Source of the DNA: Candidatus Omnitrophota bacterium
GTDB lineage: Bacteria; Omnitrophota; Gorgyraeia; Zapsychrales; Fredricksoniimonadaceae
Length of the DNA stretch: 64,000 nt
Direction: 5' to 3'
Assembly (NCBI GenBank): GCA_903860135.1
Contig: CAIOPG010000009.1
Location: forward strand, 111,805 to 175,804
Shown: piece by piece, positions 18,196-27,458 of the stretch
How the letters are laid out: each line of letters begins with the position of its first letter
How positions within the stretch are numbered: position 1 is the first letter of the stretch
Notes under the pieces: model-generated
What the model was told of the DNA's origin: nothing
Seen by the model: the letters and a program-made list of their open reading frames with translations, nothing else
Database searches by the model: none
Translations under genes and position numbers: made by a program

Positions 18196-20085
18196 TTAAG
18201 GCCTTAATTGATACCAAGCCTGGAACATGATGTAAGTTCCTATTTTCTTCCGATGATCGTTCTTAAATGTCGCGTGTTCCAGGAACATTTGTTTAATATA
18301 AACAGGATCAAATAATCCCTGTTTCTTGAGATAGCCTTCATCAAAAAATTCATTGATCAAACCGCGACAGCGCCTGTCCTGCAACCACTTTGTAAATGGT
18401 ATGGCAAAGCCCTGTTTCCTTCTCTTTAAAATTTTATTGGGCACATATTTTTGCGCAACCGCCTTAAAAAGGCGCTTTTGAAAAATATAATCTGTGGGTA
18501 AATGCCAGGCAAATTCCATTAATTGATGATCAAGATACGGAACCCGTAACTCAAGGGAAGCGGCCATCGAGGCTCTATCGGCTTTGACCAAGAGGTCATC
18601 TGTCAAATAACCATAAATATCCATATATTGGATTTTCTTGAGGACATTGTTAGCTGAAGTCCGACTCAAAATATTTCTATAGTGCTCTTCCAATCCAGCA
18701 GGATCTATCGTTCCAAATATATTTGAAGCGAACAATGACTTTTTTTCTTCCGCCAGAAAAGCCCCCATCCACTTTAAATGACGCGCGCACGGATCTTTCA
18801 AAACCCTTCCGGCGCGTAGAAATTGCCTGGCTTTAAACCCTAATGTAAAATATTCAGAACTGACCGGTAAACAATTACCCAAGACATGGGGAAGGCTTCT
18901 CAATAATGACGCCGGTATAGCCTTAGAACTCTCAAGGAATTTATGGGCCAAATAAGTAGGATACCCCATGAACAACTCATCGCCGCCTTCACCGGACAAG
19001 GCAGTCTTGACGTATTGTCGAACAAAACGGCTCAGGAAGTATGTCGGGAATACTGACATATCCCCTAGCGGCTCATCGAGTTGTCGGGATACCTCGGGAA
19101 AGATCGAAATAAAATCATTCAATGTAAAGACGCGGTGATGATGCTGTGTGCCCAGTGAGCGCGCAACCATATGGGCATATTCGGATTCATCAAAAGTTCG
19201 TTCTTCAAAACCAATAGAAAAAGTATTGCATTTTCCCGATAAGGACCGCATTGCCAAAGCAGCCAGGGTGCTGGAATCAAGCCCACCGCTTAAAAGTACC
19301 CCGACCGGAACATCTGCTGTCAAATGTTCATGGACAGAAGTCTTCAGCAATTGCTCCAAACGTTCACCAGCATCCGGAAAAGAAATAACCCTGGCCTCGG
19401 CCTTTGATCGTCCTAAATCCCAATACCCATGCTCCTCCAGGCCTGACGGGCTGTGGATCAAGAACGTTCCTGGTCTTAATTTATATAGATTTTTGTAGAT
19501 ACAAAAAGGCGCGGGAACATATTCCAGTGAAAAGTACAGATCAAGTGCCTTAAGATCAAGCTCACGACTAATAAAAGGCAAATTCAATAACGGCTTTATT
19601 TCAGAAGCAAAAGCAAAAATGCTCTGGTTATGGAAATAATATAATGGCTTTATCCCGAATCTGTCCCGGGCAACAAACAGGTTCTTCTTTTTGTTATCCC
19701 ACAAAGCAAAAGCAAACATCCCCTTCAGCCGCTCAAGGCACCGCTCACCTATTTCTTCATAAAGATGGACAATGACCTCGATATCCGTTGTTGAATGAAA
19801 CTTGTGGGATCGTTGTTGCAGTTCTGCCCTTAGGGCTGAAGCATTATAAATTTCTCCGTTGCAAACAAGAATTAGCGATCTGTCTTCATTAAAGATTGGC
19901 TGAACACCGGCTGTCGAGAGATCCACAATGCTTAACCTTGTGGCACCAAGGAACAGCCTTTCTTCAACACCGCAATATTCCCCCCTGGCATCAGGCCCTC
20001 GATGCGACAGAGCATCGAGCATCCTGTAACGTATATCCTGCAAATCATCAGGTGCTATGCCTTTAACACCACAAATACCACACAT
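18196..20085 (-). CDS. asnB: Asparagine synthetase B-type glutamine amidotransferase (class II GATase + PP-loop synthetase domain)
   Basis: It has N-terminal MCGICG, then RGPD, then a SGGLDSS PP-loop. The 629-aa length fits. Confidence 0.85.
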   Translation of the reverse strand: MCGICGVKGIAPDDLQDIRYRMLDALSHRGPDARGEYCGVEERLFLGATRLSIVDLSTAGVQPIFNEDRSLILVCNGEIYNASALRAELQQRSHKFHSTTDIEVIVHLYEEIGERCLERLKGMFAFALWDNKKKNLFVARDRFGIKPLYYFHNQSIFAFASEIKPLLNLPFISRELDLKALDLYFSLEYVPAPFCIYKNLYKLRPGTFLIHSPSGLEEHGYWDLGRSKAEARVISFPDAGERLEQLLKTSVHEHLTADVPVGVLLSGGLDSSTLAALAMRSLSGKCNTFSIGFEERTFDESEYAHMVARSLGTQHHHRVFTLNDFISIFPEVSRQLDEPLGDMSVFPTYFLSRFVRQYVKTALSGEGGDELFMGYPTYLAHKFLESSKAIPASLLRSLPHVLGNCLPVSSEYFTLGFKARQFLRAGRVLKDPCARHLKWMGAFLAEEKKSLFASNIFGTIDPAGLEEHYRNILSRTSANNVLKKIQYMDIYGYLTDDLLVKADRASMAASLELRVPYLDHQLMEFAWHLPTDYIFQKRLFKAVAQKYVPNKILKRRKQGFAIPFTKWLQDRRCRGLINEFFDEGYLKKQGLFDPVYIKQMFLEHATFKNDHRKKIGTYIMFQAWYQLRP

Positions 20086-20091
20086 AAGACT

Positions 20092-21600
20092 TTATAACTT
20101 TCTTTGTATGGCCACATGGTAGATCTGATATTTACCATGACCACCAAGATCTTTGGTAAAGACAGCTTCAAGGGTGATATCACCGAAAACCAAAATCTTT
20201 TTATTAAAATCAAAATTCATTACCTTCTGGACAGGACCTTTTGAATTCAAAACAACATACTCCGGTTGTTGGTCTTTTATAAAAGTTTCGAATGAACCTG
20301 CACTGTTTTGAAAAGAACTTTGGAAATATGTTGTCCCGATATCTTGATATCTTTCTTTGGGAAAGCCACTCTTGAGGATTATACTCTGCCAATAGACTGC
20401 AAAAGGATCCCAATCAATGAAGAAACATCTTCCTGAAGAAAGATTCTCCCGTAACCATCGCGATAAGTCATTAATATCTTCAGTTGAAACACTGTTCATA
20501 TAACGTAATGAAACGGATCTTGTTTGTGCAATATGATAAAAATTTATCAATAGCAATATCAGTAACAGACTGTATACCCACCACTTTTTTTGAAGAAAAC
20601 GATCGGAAATATGGTCGAATAAGAATACAGCATAGGGAATCAACAATAACCCAAGAATAAGGCTGTATTTTTCATGGTGCCATTGATGGGCAATAAATGA
20701 ATTGACAGATAATGATGTGAATCCAATAACGAAGAAGTATGCCAAAAACAACTTCTGTCCTGATAACTTGATCGAGGTGATCATCCCCAACAAACCACCT
20801 ATTAAAAATAAACCACCGGAACTGCGCCAAAGAACAGACAACCAGCTCCATAGAGAAGGATCATAAAAGATCTTTTTTTCCATGATCTCCATATTAGATG
20901 TTTGTGCCGAACGTTCAAAAGTATAAAATGGCAGATTAAACACAAAATAATTGAGGGCAAGCCATGCAACGGGTGCAATTAATAGAAGTCCTAAGAATAA
21001 TACAGAAGATTTCTTGTTTTTATTTAATAATATAAAAAAGAAAATAGGGATAAATAACCAGCATTCAAAACGTAATAGTGCCGCGATGTTAAAGGCTAAC
21101 GCCGATAAAATAAAAGACGAGGTTTTAGGCGTCTTAGAAATGTAATCAAGAAAGAAATATAATGCACTAAAAATAAAGAAATAATACATGGCCTCAGAAG
21201 TTGTAATGCAACTTTGAACAACATGTAATGGATAAAAAGCAAGGATCAAACACGAAAGGAAAGCAATGCGTTTAGAAAATATGACTTTAATACATCCATA
21301 AAAAGGCAATACCACGAGGATCCCAAATACAACAGTAATGATTTTAGGCAACAACATCGGATCTCGCCAAATAGATAAAAATATAGCCAAAAAATAAACA
21401 TACAGCATGGAACAATTGCCGTTGAAATTATGTCGAAATCCAGGGTAGTCAATCACTGACAAGGACTGTAAAACATTACTAATAGCAATCCCTGGCATAT
21501 TTTCATAACTTAGCAAACAAATCATACGGACCAGCATAGCCAGCAGGATCAACAATAAAATACGAAACTTCTCATTATTAAACCATACGAGTATTTTCAT
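20092..21600 (-). CDS. Polytopic membrane glycosyltransferase, GT-C fold (ArnT/PMT-like, GT39/83-like)
   Basis: About 11 TM helices with an AT-rich, low-complexity membrane-protein composition. The family call rests on architecture only. Confidence 0.5.
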   Translation of the reverse strand: MKILVWFNNEKFRILLLILLAMLVRMICLLSYENMPGIAISNVLQSLSVIDYPGFRHNFNGNCSMLYVYFLAIFLSIWRDPMLLPKIITVVFGILVVLPFYGCIKVIFSKRIAFLSCLILAFYPLHVVQSCITTSEAMYYFFIFSALYFFLDYISKTPKTSSFILSALAFNIAALLRFECWLFIPIFFFILLNKNKKSSVLFLGLLLIAPVAWLALNYFVFNLPFYTFERSAQTSNMEIMEKKIFYDPSLWSWLSVLWRSSGGLFLIGGLLGMITSIKLSGQKLFLAYFFVIGFTSLSVNSFIAHQWHHEKYSLILGLLLIPYAVFLFDHISDRFLQKKWWVYSLLLILLLINFYHIAQTRSVSLRYMNSVSTEDINDLSRWLRENLSSGRCFFIDWDPFAVYWQSIILKSGFPKERYQDIGTTYFQSSFQNSAGSFETFIKDQQPEYVVLNSKGPVQKVMNFDFNKKILVFGDITLEAVFTKDLGGHGKYQIYHVAIQRKL

Positions 21601-23081
21601 ATTGAAGAATGCGGATCAATGTTTTCTTTTTCTTTCAATGCAATATGAGGATTAAGTTTGGGTTGATTGACAATACTTTTACGCAACCCCATATCTTCGA
21701 CCATTTTTGAAAAACTGAACACTCTTTCGGCACGTGCGTCACGGTTAAGGCCGTTACTATCCACAAAAAGCATGGGATCCAAATCCCAGCTTAGGCCATA
21801 ACACGCTGTATTTTGCCCAATATCAGATTCAGGAAAAAGTGTAAACCCTGAAATATTTGTGACTTCAGAAATATAGGCCTTATTGCGACGCAAAAAGACA
21901 GCCACTTCATCCAGGTCATTCTTTGTTTCTCCTGGGAAACCGACAATGATATTAACATTTGTACAGATACCCGCATTATGGGACATCCGTAAAACATTCT
22001 CTATTTCACTAGGGGTATAAAATTTCTTCATCCTGGTAAGTATACTTTTGGCTACATGTTCCATGCCATAAATAAGGGTATGACAACCAGCCTTCTTCAT
22101 TTTCTCACACAACCGTTCGGTCATATCCGAACGGATCACCGCATAGCTCACCCAATTAAACTTTAATCCGGAATCAATGATCAGATCACACAAAGATTCC
22201 AGCAAACGTAAATTCCCGTTGCATAACAGGTCATTCCATTCAAAGGCTTTTGTTTTGTTGATCCGGCAATGGTACTCAATTTCACGAAAGGCATGTTCTG
22301 CTGAACGCGACCTGTATTTCGGCCAAAGGATATGATCAATGCAATACGAACACTTATTGATACAGCCGCGGGTTAACAATAAAGGTAAGGGTTTATAGTC
22401 ATTCCCATTATTGTATAATGAAAGATCAAATTCTTCATATGTTGGAAAAGGCAAAAGATCAAGATCAACGCAAGGGATCGCCGGGATAGGTGTGCCACGG
22501 CCTACTTCTTTGGCCGGAAAAATACCAGGTTCAAGTTCAATGCGTTCCCCTTTTTTTATACGTTTGATCAAGGACAAAAAAACCATTTCGCCTTCACCTA
22601 TGACAAAATAGTCTACGAATCCCGGTGTGATCAATTCTCTGGGATGTATAAAATATGTTGCCGCACCACCGAAAACGATAATACGGTTACTATCATACGC
22701 TTTGATATTTTCGGCCAGTTTATTGGCTAAGAAAATACTGACCATATTGACTGAAAAAGCAATGATCTTGACATCAGAGCGAATGACCCAAGCGATAAAA
22801 TCAAGTAACTCGCCGTTGAACTTATCAAATATAATGTCTGCTATTTCCGCTTGATAGAATGAATTGGTACTGTCCGGAGACCAAAGATCCTTAATATTAT
22901 CGACACTTTTGTTAAACAATAAAATATTCAGATCGACCAATTCAACAGAACACTGTTGTTGTTTCAAATATGCCGTTAAATACGCGGGACCTAAGGGGGG
23001 CATCTTTGTAAATAATGGCGGTGGAATGATCAGCAATACATCCTTACCATCAAGATGATAGCGTGAAAGATCCAATGACAT
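21597..23081 (-). CDS. B12-binding (class B) radical SAM enzyme
   Basis: An N-terminal cobalamin-binding-like Rossmann domain is followed by CINKCSYC (CxxxCxxC). Confidence 0.8.
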   Translation of the reverse strand: MSLDLSRYHLDGKDVLLIIPPPLFTKMPPLGPAYLTAYLKQQQCSVELVDLNILLFNKSVDNIKDLWSPDSTNSFYQAEIADIIFDKFNGELLDFIAWVIRSDVKIIAFSVNMVSIFLANKLAENIKAYDSNRIIVFGGAATYFIHPRELITPGFVDYFVIGEGEMVFLSLIKRIKKGERIELEPGIFPAKEVGRGTPIPAIPCVDLDLLPFPTYEEFDLSLYNNGNDYKPLPLLLTRGCINKCSYCIDHILWPKYRSRSAEHAFREIEYHCRINKTKAFEWNDLLCNGNLRLLESLCDLIIDSGLKFNWVSYAVIRSDMTERLCEKMKKAGCHTLIYGMEHVAKSILTRMKKFYTPSEIENVLRMSHNAGICTNVNIIVGFPGETKNDLDEVAVFLRRNKAYISEVTNISGFTLFPESDIGQNTACYGLSWDLDPMLFVDSNGLNRDARAERVFSFSKMVEDMGLRKSIVNQPKLNPHIALKEKENIDPHSSI

Positions 23082-23115
23082 AAATATTCTTTCCTTACAT
23101 AATAGAAAAATTTAT

Positions 23116-24222
23116 CTAACTTTTACAACAGCGGCCACAAACCTTAAGAGGTTCTTCTTTTATCATTTTTCTGAACTGTTGATAGCTCTTTGAATGCCAT
23201 ATGACTTCCAAAGAGTCTTTGCGGATATTGCCAAACACACAGCATGTTAGAAATTGACACGGTAGAATATCGCCATTATGATTGATAAAAACAGAGTGGG
23301 ATATGAATCGGCAATGATTTTTCCGTAGCGGGTTATCGCTATACCAATCACGCATCTGTTCATCCGTCAGATGCGGTTTCATATATACAGGCAAGTCCGC
23401 ATACTGAAGAAGCCGCCTCAAATGAAGAACTTTATTGATAAAACCTTCCGGTAAATTCTTCTCGAGCAAAAAGATTTCCGGCTTTAAATCAAGGCCATTA
23501 ACAATAAAAGGGATCGATCGGGCATATTCAGCTGGAGTCATAAAATTAAATTGTTCTATCTTGATTGAATCAACTCCTATCAAACGTAAATCAACGAATA
23601 AAGACGGTAATGAAGCAATATTTTCAGGCAACGGGATACAGCTGACCATAATACGCATGCCTGTGCGTTTATTCTTGATCAACCGTTTTAAATTTTCTAT
23701 TGTTCGATCAAATGCGCCTGTGATGCCTACAACTTGATCATGAATTTCACGAGTGCCATACAGCGACACGATCAAGATATCCACATATTTCAAAGCAGAT
23801 ATTAAACTATCACCGTGCAGAAGAGATCCGTTGGTCGTCAACATGCATTTAAGACCATTTTGCTTGATGCAAGCTAATATATCATTAAAATCTTTACACA
23901 TAAACGGCTCACCACCGCTAAAATGTACTACCGACTGAAATTTCCTGATACTTCCAATGAAATTCTTAATTGTTAGTAGATCCATACTTTGAATTGGCAC
24001 ACAATCATTTGAACGCTTGAGCGTTGAAACACACATCCGGCACACATAATTGCATTTTAAAGTTATCAGAAAGTTAATAGTTAAGGGGAAGTTTGTCGGT
24101 TGCCCGCTAAGAAAGTTGATCGCTCCGGTAAAAATATTTCTTGGGATAAAGACATAACGGTAGAGTTTATAAATGAGCAGATTAGATAAGAATGAATTAA
24201 ATATCTGATTAAGAAAGTTCAT
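23116..24222 (-). CDS. Radical SAM enzyme with a C-terminal Cys-rich SPASM/twitch-like domain
   Basis: It has CNYVCRMC and FSGGEPFM (SAM glycine-rich motif), plus a C-terminal CQFLTCC ... CGRCC cluster. Confidence 0.75.
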   Translation of the reverse strand: MNFLNQIFNSFLSNLLIYKLYRYVFIPRNIFTGAINFLSGQPTNFPLTINFLITLKCNYVCRMCVSTLKRSNDCVPIQSMDLLTIKNFIGSIRKFQSVVHFSGGEPFMCKDFNDILACIKQNGLKCMLTTNGSLLHGDSLISALKYVDILIVSLYGTREIHDQVVGITGAFDRTIENLKRLIKNKRTGMRIMVSCIPLPENIASLPSLFVDLRLIGVDSIKIEQFNFMTPAEYARSIPFIVNGLDLKPEIFLLEKNLPEGFINKVLHLRRLLQYADLPVYMKPHLTDEQMRDWYSDNPLRKNHCRFISHSVFINHNGDILPCQFLTCCVFGNIRKDSLEVIWHSKSYQQFRKMIKEEPLKVCGRCCKS

Positions 24223-24229
24223 AAAAAGA

Positions 24230-25924
24230 TTACCTGATAATCAGAAAGTTATTCAAAACTAAAACATCCAGAGCGCACTCGTTGAACGAATGTAAGGCAT
24301 CCTGAAATGAGCATACGATAGGTTCTTCATGCCTGTTAAAACTTGTGTTTAATACTGTCGCTACGCCTTTCTTTTGTTCATATTTCTCAAGTATCCTGTA
24401 TATTCTTGGATTATCAGCCATTGACACGATCTGGGGGCGTGCTGTGCCATCAATGTGAGCAGCGGCAGGACATAGATCCTTTAATCTGTCCGTTCCATCA
24501 ACAGCAAAAGTCATAAATTTCAAAGCATACGTCATGTTATCGATACCCTTATAAAAACCTGCCGCCTCCCTATCAAGGCTTATGGGAGCAAACGGCATAA
24601 AAGAAGAACGATCCATTTTTTTGTTTAACCATTCCATGGCGGATACATCATCAGCCCTGTATAGAATAGAACGATTCCCCAGAGATCGCGGACCAAACTC
24701 CATTCGCCCGTTAAAATGACCTACGGTACATCCTTGGGCCAACAAATCCGCTACGCGCGCACACAAAGAGTCTTCTTCCAGAAAAGTAAATGTTACTTTT
24801 TCATTGTCCAGAAATGATCGAATATCAGCATTATCATATTGCGGGCCAAGATAAACATTCCTAAAACAAAAAGGTTCCGGCTTTAGGAATGCCAACCCGG
24901 CACCAACAGCCAACCCACCATCACCCATGTGCGGAAATACGTAAACATTTTCTATTTTTTTAACGTCTTTGATCCGATGATTGAGACTAACATTAGCGGC
25001 AATGCCCCCGGCCAACGCAACCCTGAATATATCTGTTTTGGCAACCCAATATGAAACGAACTTTACTATTTCATCTTCAAAGTTCTTTTGAAAATTAAAG
25101 GCTACGTCTTCTCTGGAATAGCCCTTTAACTGTTTGTACACACCACTTTTCATGGATTCTGGAATGAAATGATTCTTCCAGTTAAAACCTTCGGTCTTTT
25201 TGATAAAGCTTAAACTGGATTTAGCAACAGCCATTATATCTTCATTAAAACGACCAAAAGATGCCAAACTCGTGATCTTACCTTCATGTCTTAACGCCAT
25301 AAACCCGAGAAATTCAGTCAACCTTTGGTAATAAGTACCGATCGCACTAAAACCTGACTGTTCATAAATACGTTTAAGTTCATTGCCATAACCAATATTA
25401 ACCGTCACACTGACACCATCACCCATGGCATCAAGCGTGAACACCAGCGTTTTTTCATTGTTTCCACTCGAATAATAGGCACCTGCCGCATGGGCTTCAT
25501 GATGATCAATGCAATGAACCGGGGCATGAATACCCAAACGACCAAGGCGAAAAGCTATGATCTTGCCTGAAAGGAATGCTTCTATACGCTCAGGGAACCT
25601 CATGTGCCGCAAAGTTACCTGATAAATAATATACAGATTCAATAAAAAACTAAATTGTGATTCTCTTTCTCTTAGACCGCTATGCCACGAAGGTAAAAGA
25701 CGCAGCATACTGGCAGGTGTCATGCGCGATGCCAGCAAAACGTGGTCAACGGTTGACGGGAGAATGCCTGTATGCTGTAAACATGCTTGTATCGATAATA
25801 GGGGAAAGCCACCTTGAAGCTTATGCCTGGTCAACCGTTCCTCATTCACAGCAAAAAGTAATTCATGATCTCTAAAAATACAGGCACCACTATCATGATT
25901 ATCAGAAATGCTTAGTGTGATCAT
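24230..25924 (-). CDS. Carbamoyltransferase (NodU/CmcH/TobZ family)
   Basis: It has an N-terminal Kae1/YgjD-like ASKHA domain (LSISDNHDSGACIF ... VNEERLTRHK) plus a C-terminal carbamoyltransferase domain. The 564-aa length fits. Confidence 0.75.
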   Translation of the reverse strand: MITLSISDNHDSGACIFRDHELLFAVNEERLTRHKLQGGFPLLSIQACLQHTGILPSTVDHVLLASRMTPASMLRLLPSWHSGLRERESQFSFLLNLYIIYQVTLRHMRFPERIEAFLSGKIIAFRLGRLGIHAPVHCIDHHEAHAAGAYYSSGNNEKTLVFTLDAMGDGVSVTVNIGYGNELKRIYEQSGFSAIGTYYQRLTEFLGFMALRHEGKITSLASFGRFNEDIMAVAKSSLSFIKKTEGFNWKNHFIPESMKSGVYKQLKGYSREDVAFNFQKNFEDEIVKFVSYWVAKTDIFRVALAGGIAANVSLNHRIKDVKKIENVYVFPHMGDGGLAVGAGLAFLKPEPFCFRNVYLGPQYDNADIRSFLDNEKVTFTFLEEDSLCARVADLLAQGCTVGHFNGRMEFGPRSLGNRSILYRADDVSAMEWLNKKMDRSSFMPFAPISLDREAAGFYKGIDNMTYALKFMTFAVDGTDRLKDLCPAAAHIDGTARPQIVSMADNPRIYRILEKYEQKKGVATVLNTSFNRHEEPIVCSFQDALHSFNECALDVLVLNNFLIIR

Positions 25925-25943
25925 ACGATCAACTCAAAAAATG

Positions 25944-27458
25944 TTAGGTAGCCGAACGATTAACCAATGAAATTTCTTTGTTACTATTGGATGTCTCAAC
26001 AACAGCACCAAAAGCAGAAAATGCCTTGTTGATTTCGCTAAAAGAAAGTCGTTGCAACTGATAAAGGAACTGTTTGGGGCGAAAATAAAATTCCCGGATC
26101 GCCTTCTTTTGAAGAAGCCTGAGTTTCTCTGCTGTTAATCCAGGCGTCACCCAAATAGGAACCTGTCCCGTAAAAGCAATATATGAAGAATACCTTTGCC
26201 AAACAGAAGTATCCAAAGTTCCATCCGCCCTCACCCCGGTATCAATTTCACCCTTGCTCGATAACTCATGAAACATGGGAGAGCCTGGGTAAGGAACAAA
26301 AATACTGAATTGTGCCATATCCAAAGGTAATTTTTTGGCGAAAGCGATGGTCTGCAGTGAATCCTGGTACGTTTCTCCAGGTAAACCCAGAATAAAAAGA
26401 CCGCCAATAACGATCCGTGTGTGTTTCTTGACCAAGGCAATGCTGTATTCTATATCAGCCAAATTGGTACCTTTATTAACACGTTCTAATAAGCTTTGCA
26501 CGCCGGATTCAATGCCAAAAGACATATCATGACAACCGGCAGACTCCATGGCACGGATCATCTCGGTGTCGATGCAATTAACATGCGCTTCACACCCCCA
26601 ACGGAATTTAAGTTTTGACTCCTTGATCTTATGGCAAAGCTCAAGTGTTCTCTGTTTATCAACCGCGAAGATAGGATCCATGAAGAAAATGTAATTGGTC
26701 TTGTATTGTTCAATAAGCACCTGTATTTCTTCCAAAACCTGGGGAATACTATAATGCCTTCGCCCATGATGCTTTTGTACAGCACAAAAAGCACAGTTAA
26801 ACGGACAGCCTCGCGACGTGAACATATGTTTGGCAACACGTCCCAGGCGATAACTGTAGGGCATATTGGTAATGTTGGGGAAATTGTAAAGTTTGGGATC
26901 AAGCATATCTCTGGCAGGAAGAGGCAATGATGCCAAATCTTTTACAAGAGCACATTCTGTAGGTGGACGATAACAACCATTTAACAAAAGGGATAAAGAA
27001 GGAATGTCTGCCAAACTGCTTTTATCTTCAATCTGTTTGATGATCCTTACAAATACTTCTTCCCCATCGCCATGAACCACACAATCAGCACAGCCACTTC
27101 TCAAGTAAGCTTCTGCGTAGGCTCCTGCGTGTACATTGCCCAATACCACGAAAATACCAGGGCAGTTTTGTTTTACCCATCGACCGATCTCAAAAACAAC
27201 TTCTCCATTGGAAATAAAAGAAGTCAGTCCGATCACATCCGGTTTTGTTTTTACAATAAAGTCTTTTACCATCTCATTAGAAAACTTGGCAGCAAAAGCA
27301 TCCAGAACTTTTACATCATAACCGGATTGTCTGATATATGCCGCTATCGAGAGTAACCCCAGCGGTTCCAGAACAGGCATAAATTGAGAGCCTTTGCCTA
27401 AGAAATTTTGCAAATCATCGGGTGGATTAATCAATAATATCTTTAATGGTTTAATCAT
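25944..27458 (-). CDS. B12-binding (class B) radical SAM enzyme
   Basis: An N-terminal B12-binding-like domain is followed by TSRGCPFNCAFCAV. Confidence 0.8.
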   Translation of the reverse strand: MIKPLKILLINPPDDLQNFLGKGSQFMPVLEPLGLLSIAAYIRQSGYDVKVLDAFAAKFSNEMVKDFIVKTKPDVIGLTSFISNGEVVFEIGRWVKQNCPGIFVVLGNVHAGAYAEAYLRSGCADCVVHGDGEEVFVRIIKQIEDKSSLADIPSLSLLLNGCYRPPTECALVKDLASLPLPARDMLDPKLYNFPNITNMPYSYRLGRVAKHMFTSRGCPFNCAFCAVQKHHGRRHYSIPQVLEEIQVLIEQYKTNYIFFMDPIFAVDKQRTLELCHKIKESKLKFRWGCEAHVNCIDTEMIRAMESAGCHDMSFGIESGVQSLLERVNKGTNLADIEYSIALVKKHTRIVIGGLFILGLPGETYQDSLQTIAFAKKLPLDMAQFSIFVPYPGSPMFHELSSKGEIDTGVRADGTLDTSVWQRYSSYIAFTGQVPIWVTPGLTAEKLRLLQKKAIREFYFRPKQFLYQLQRLSFSEINKAFSAFGAVVETSNSNKEISLVNRSAT

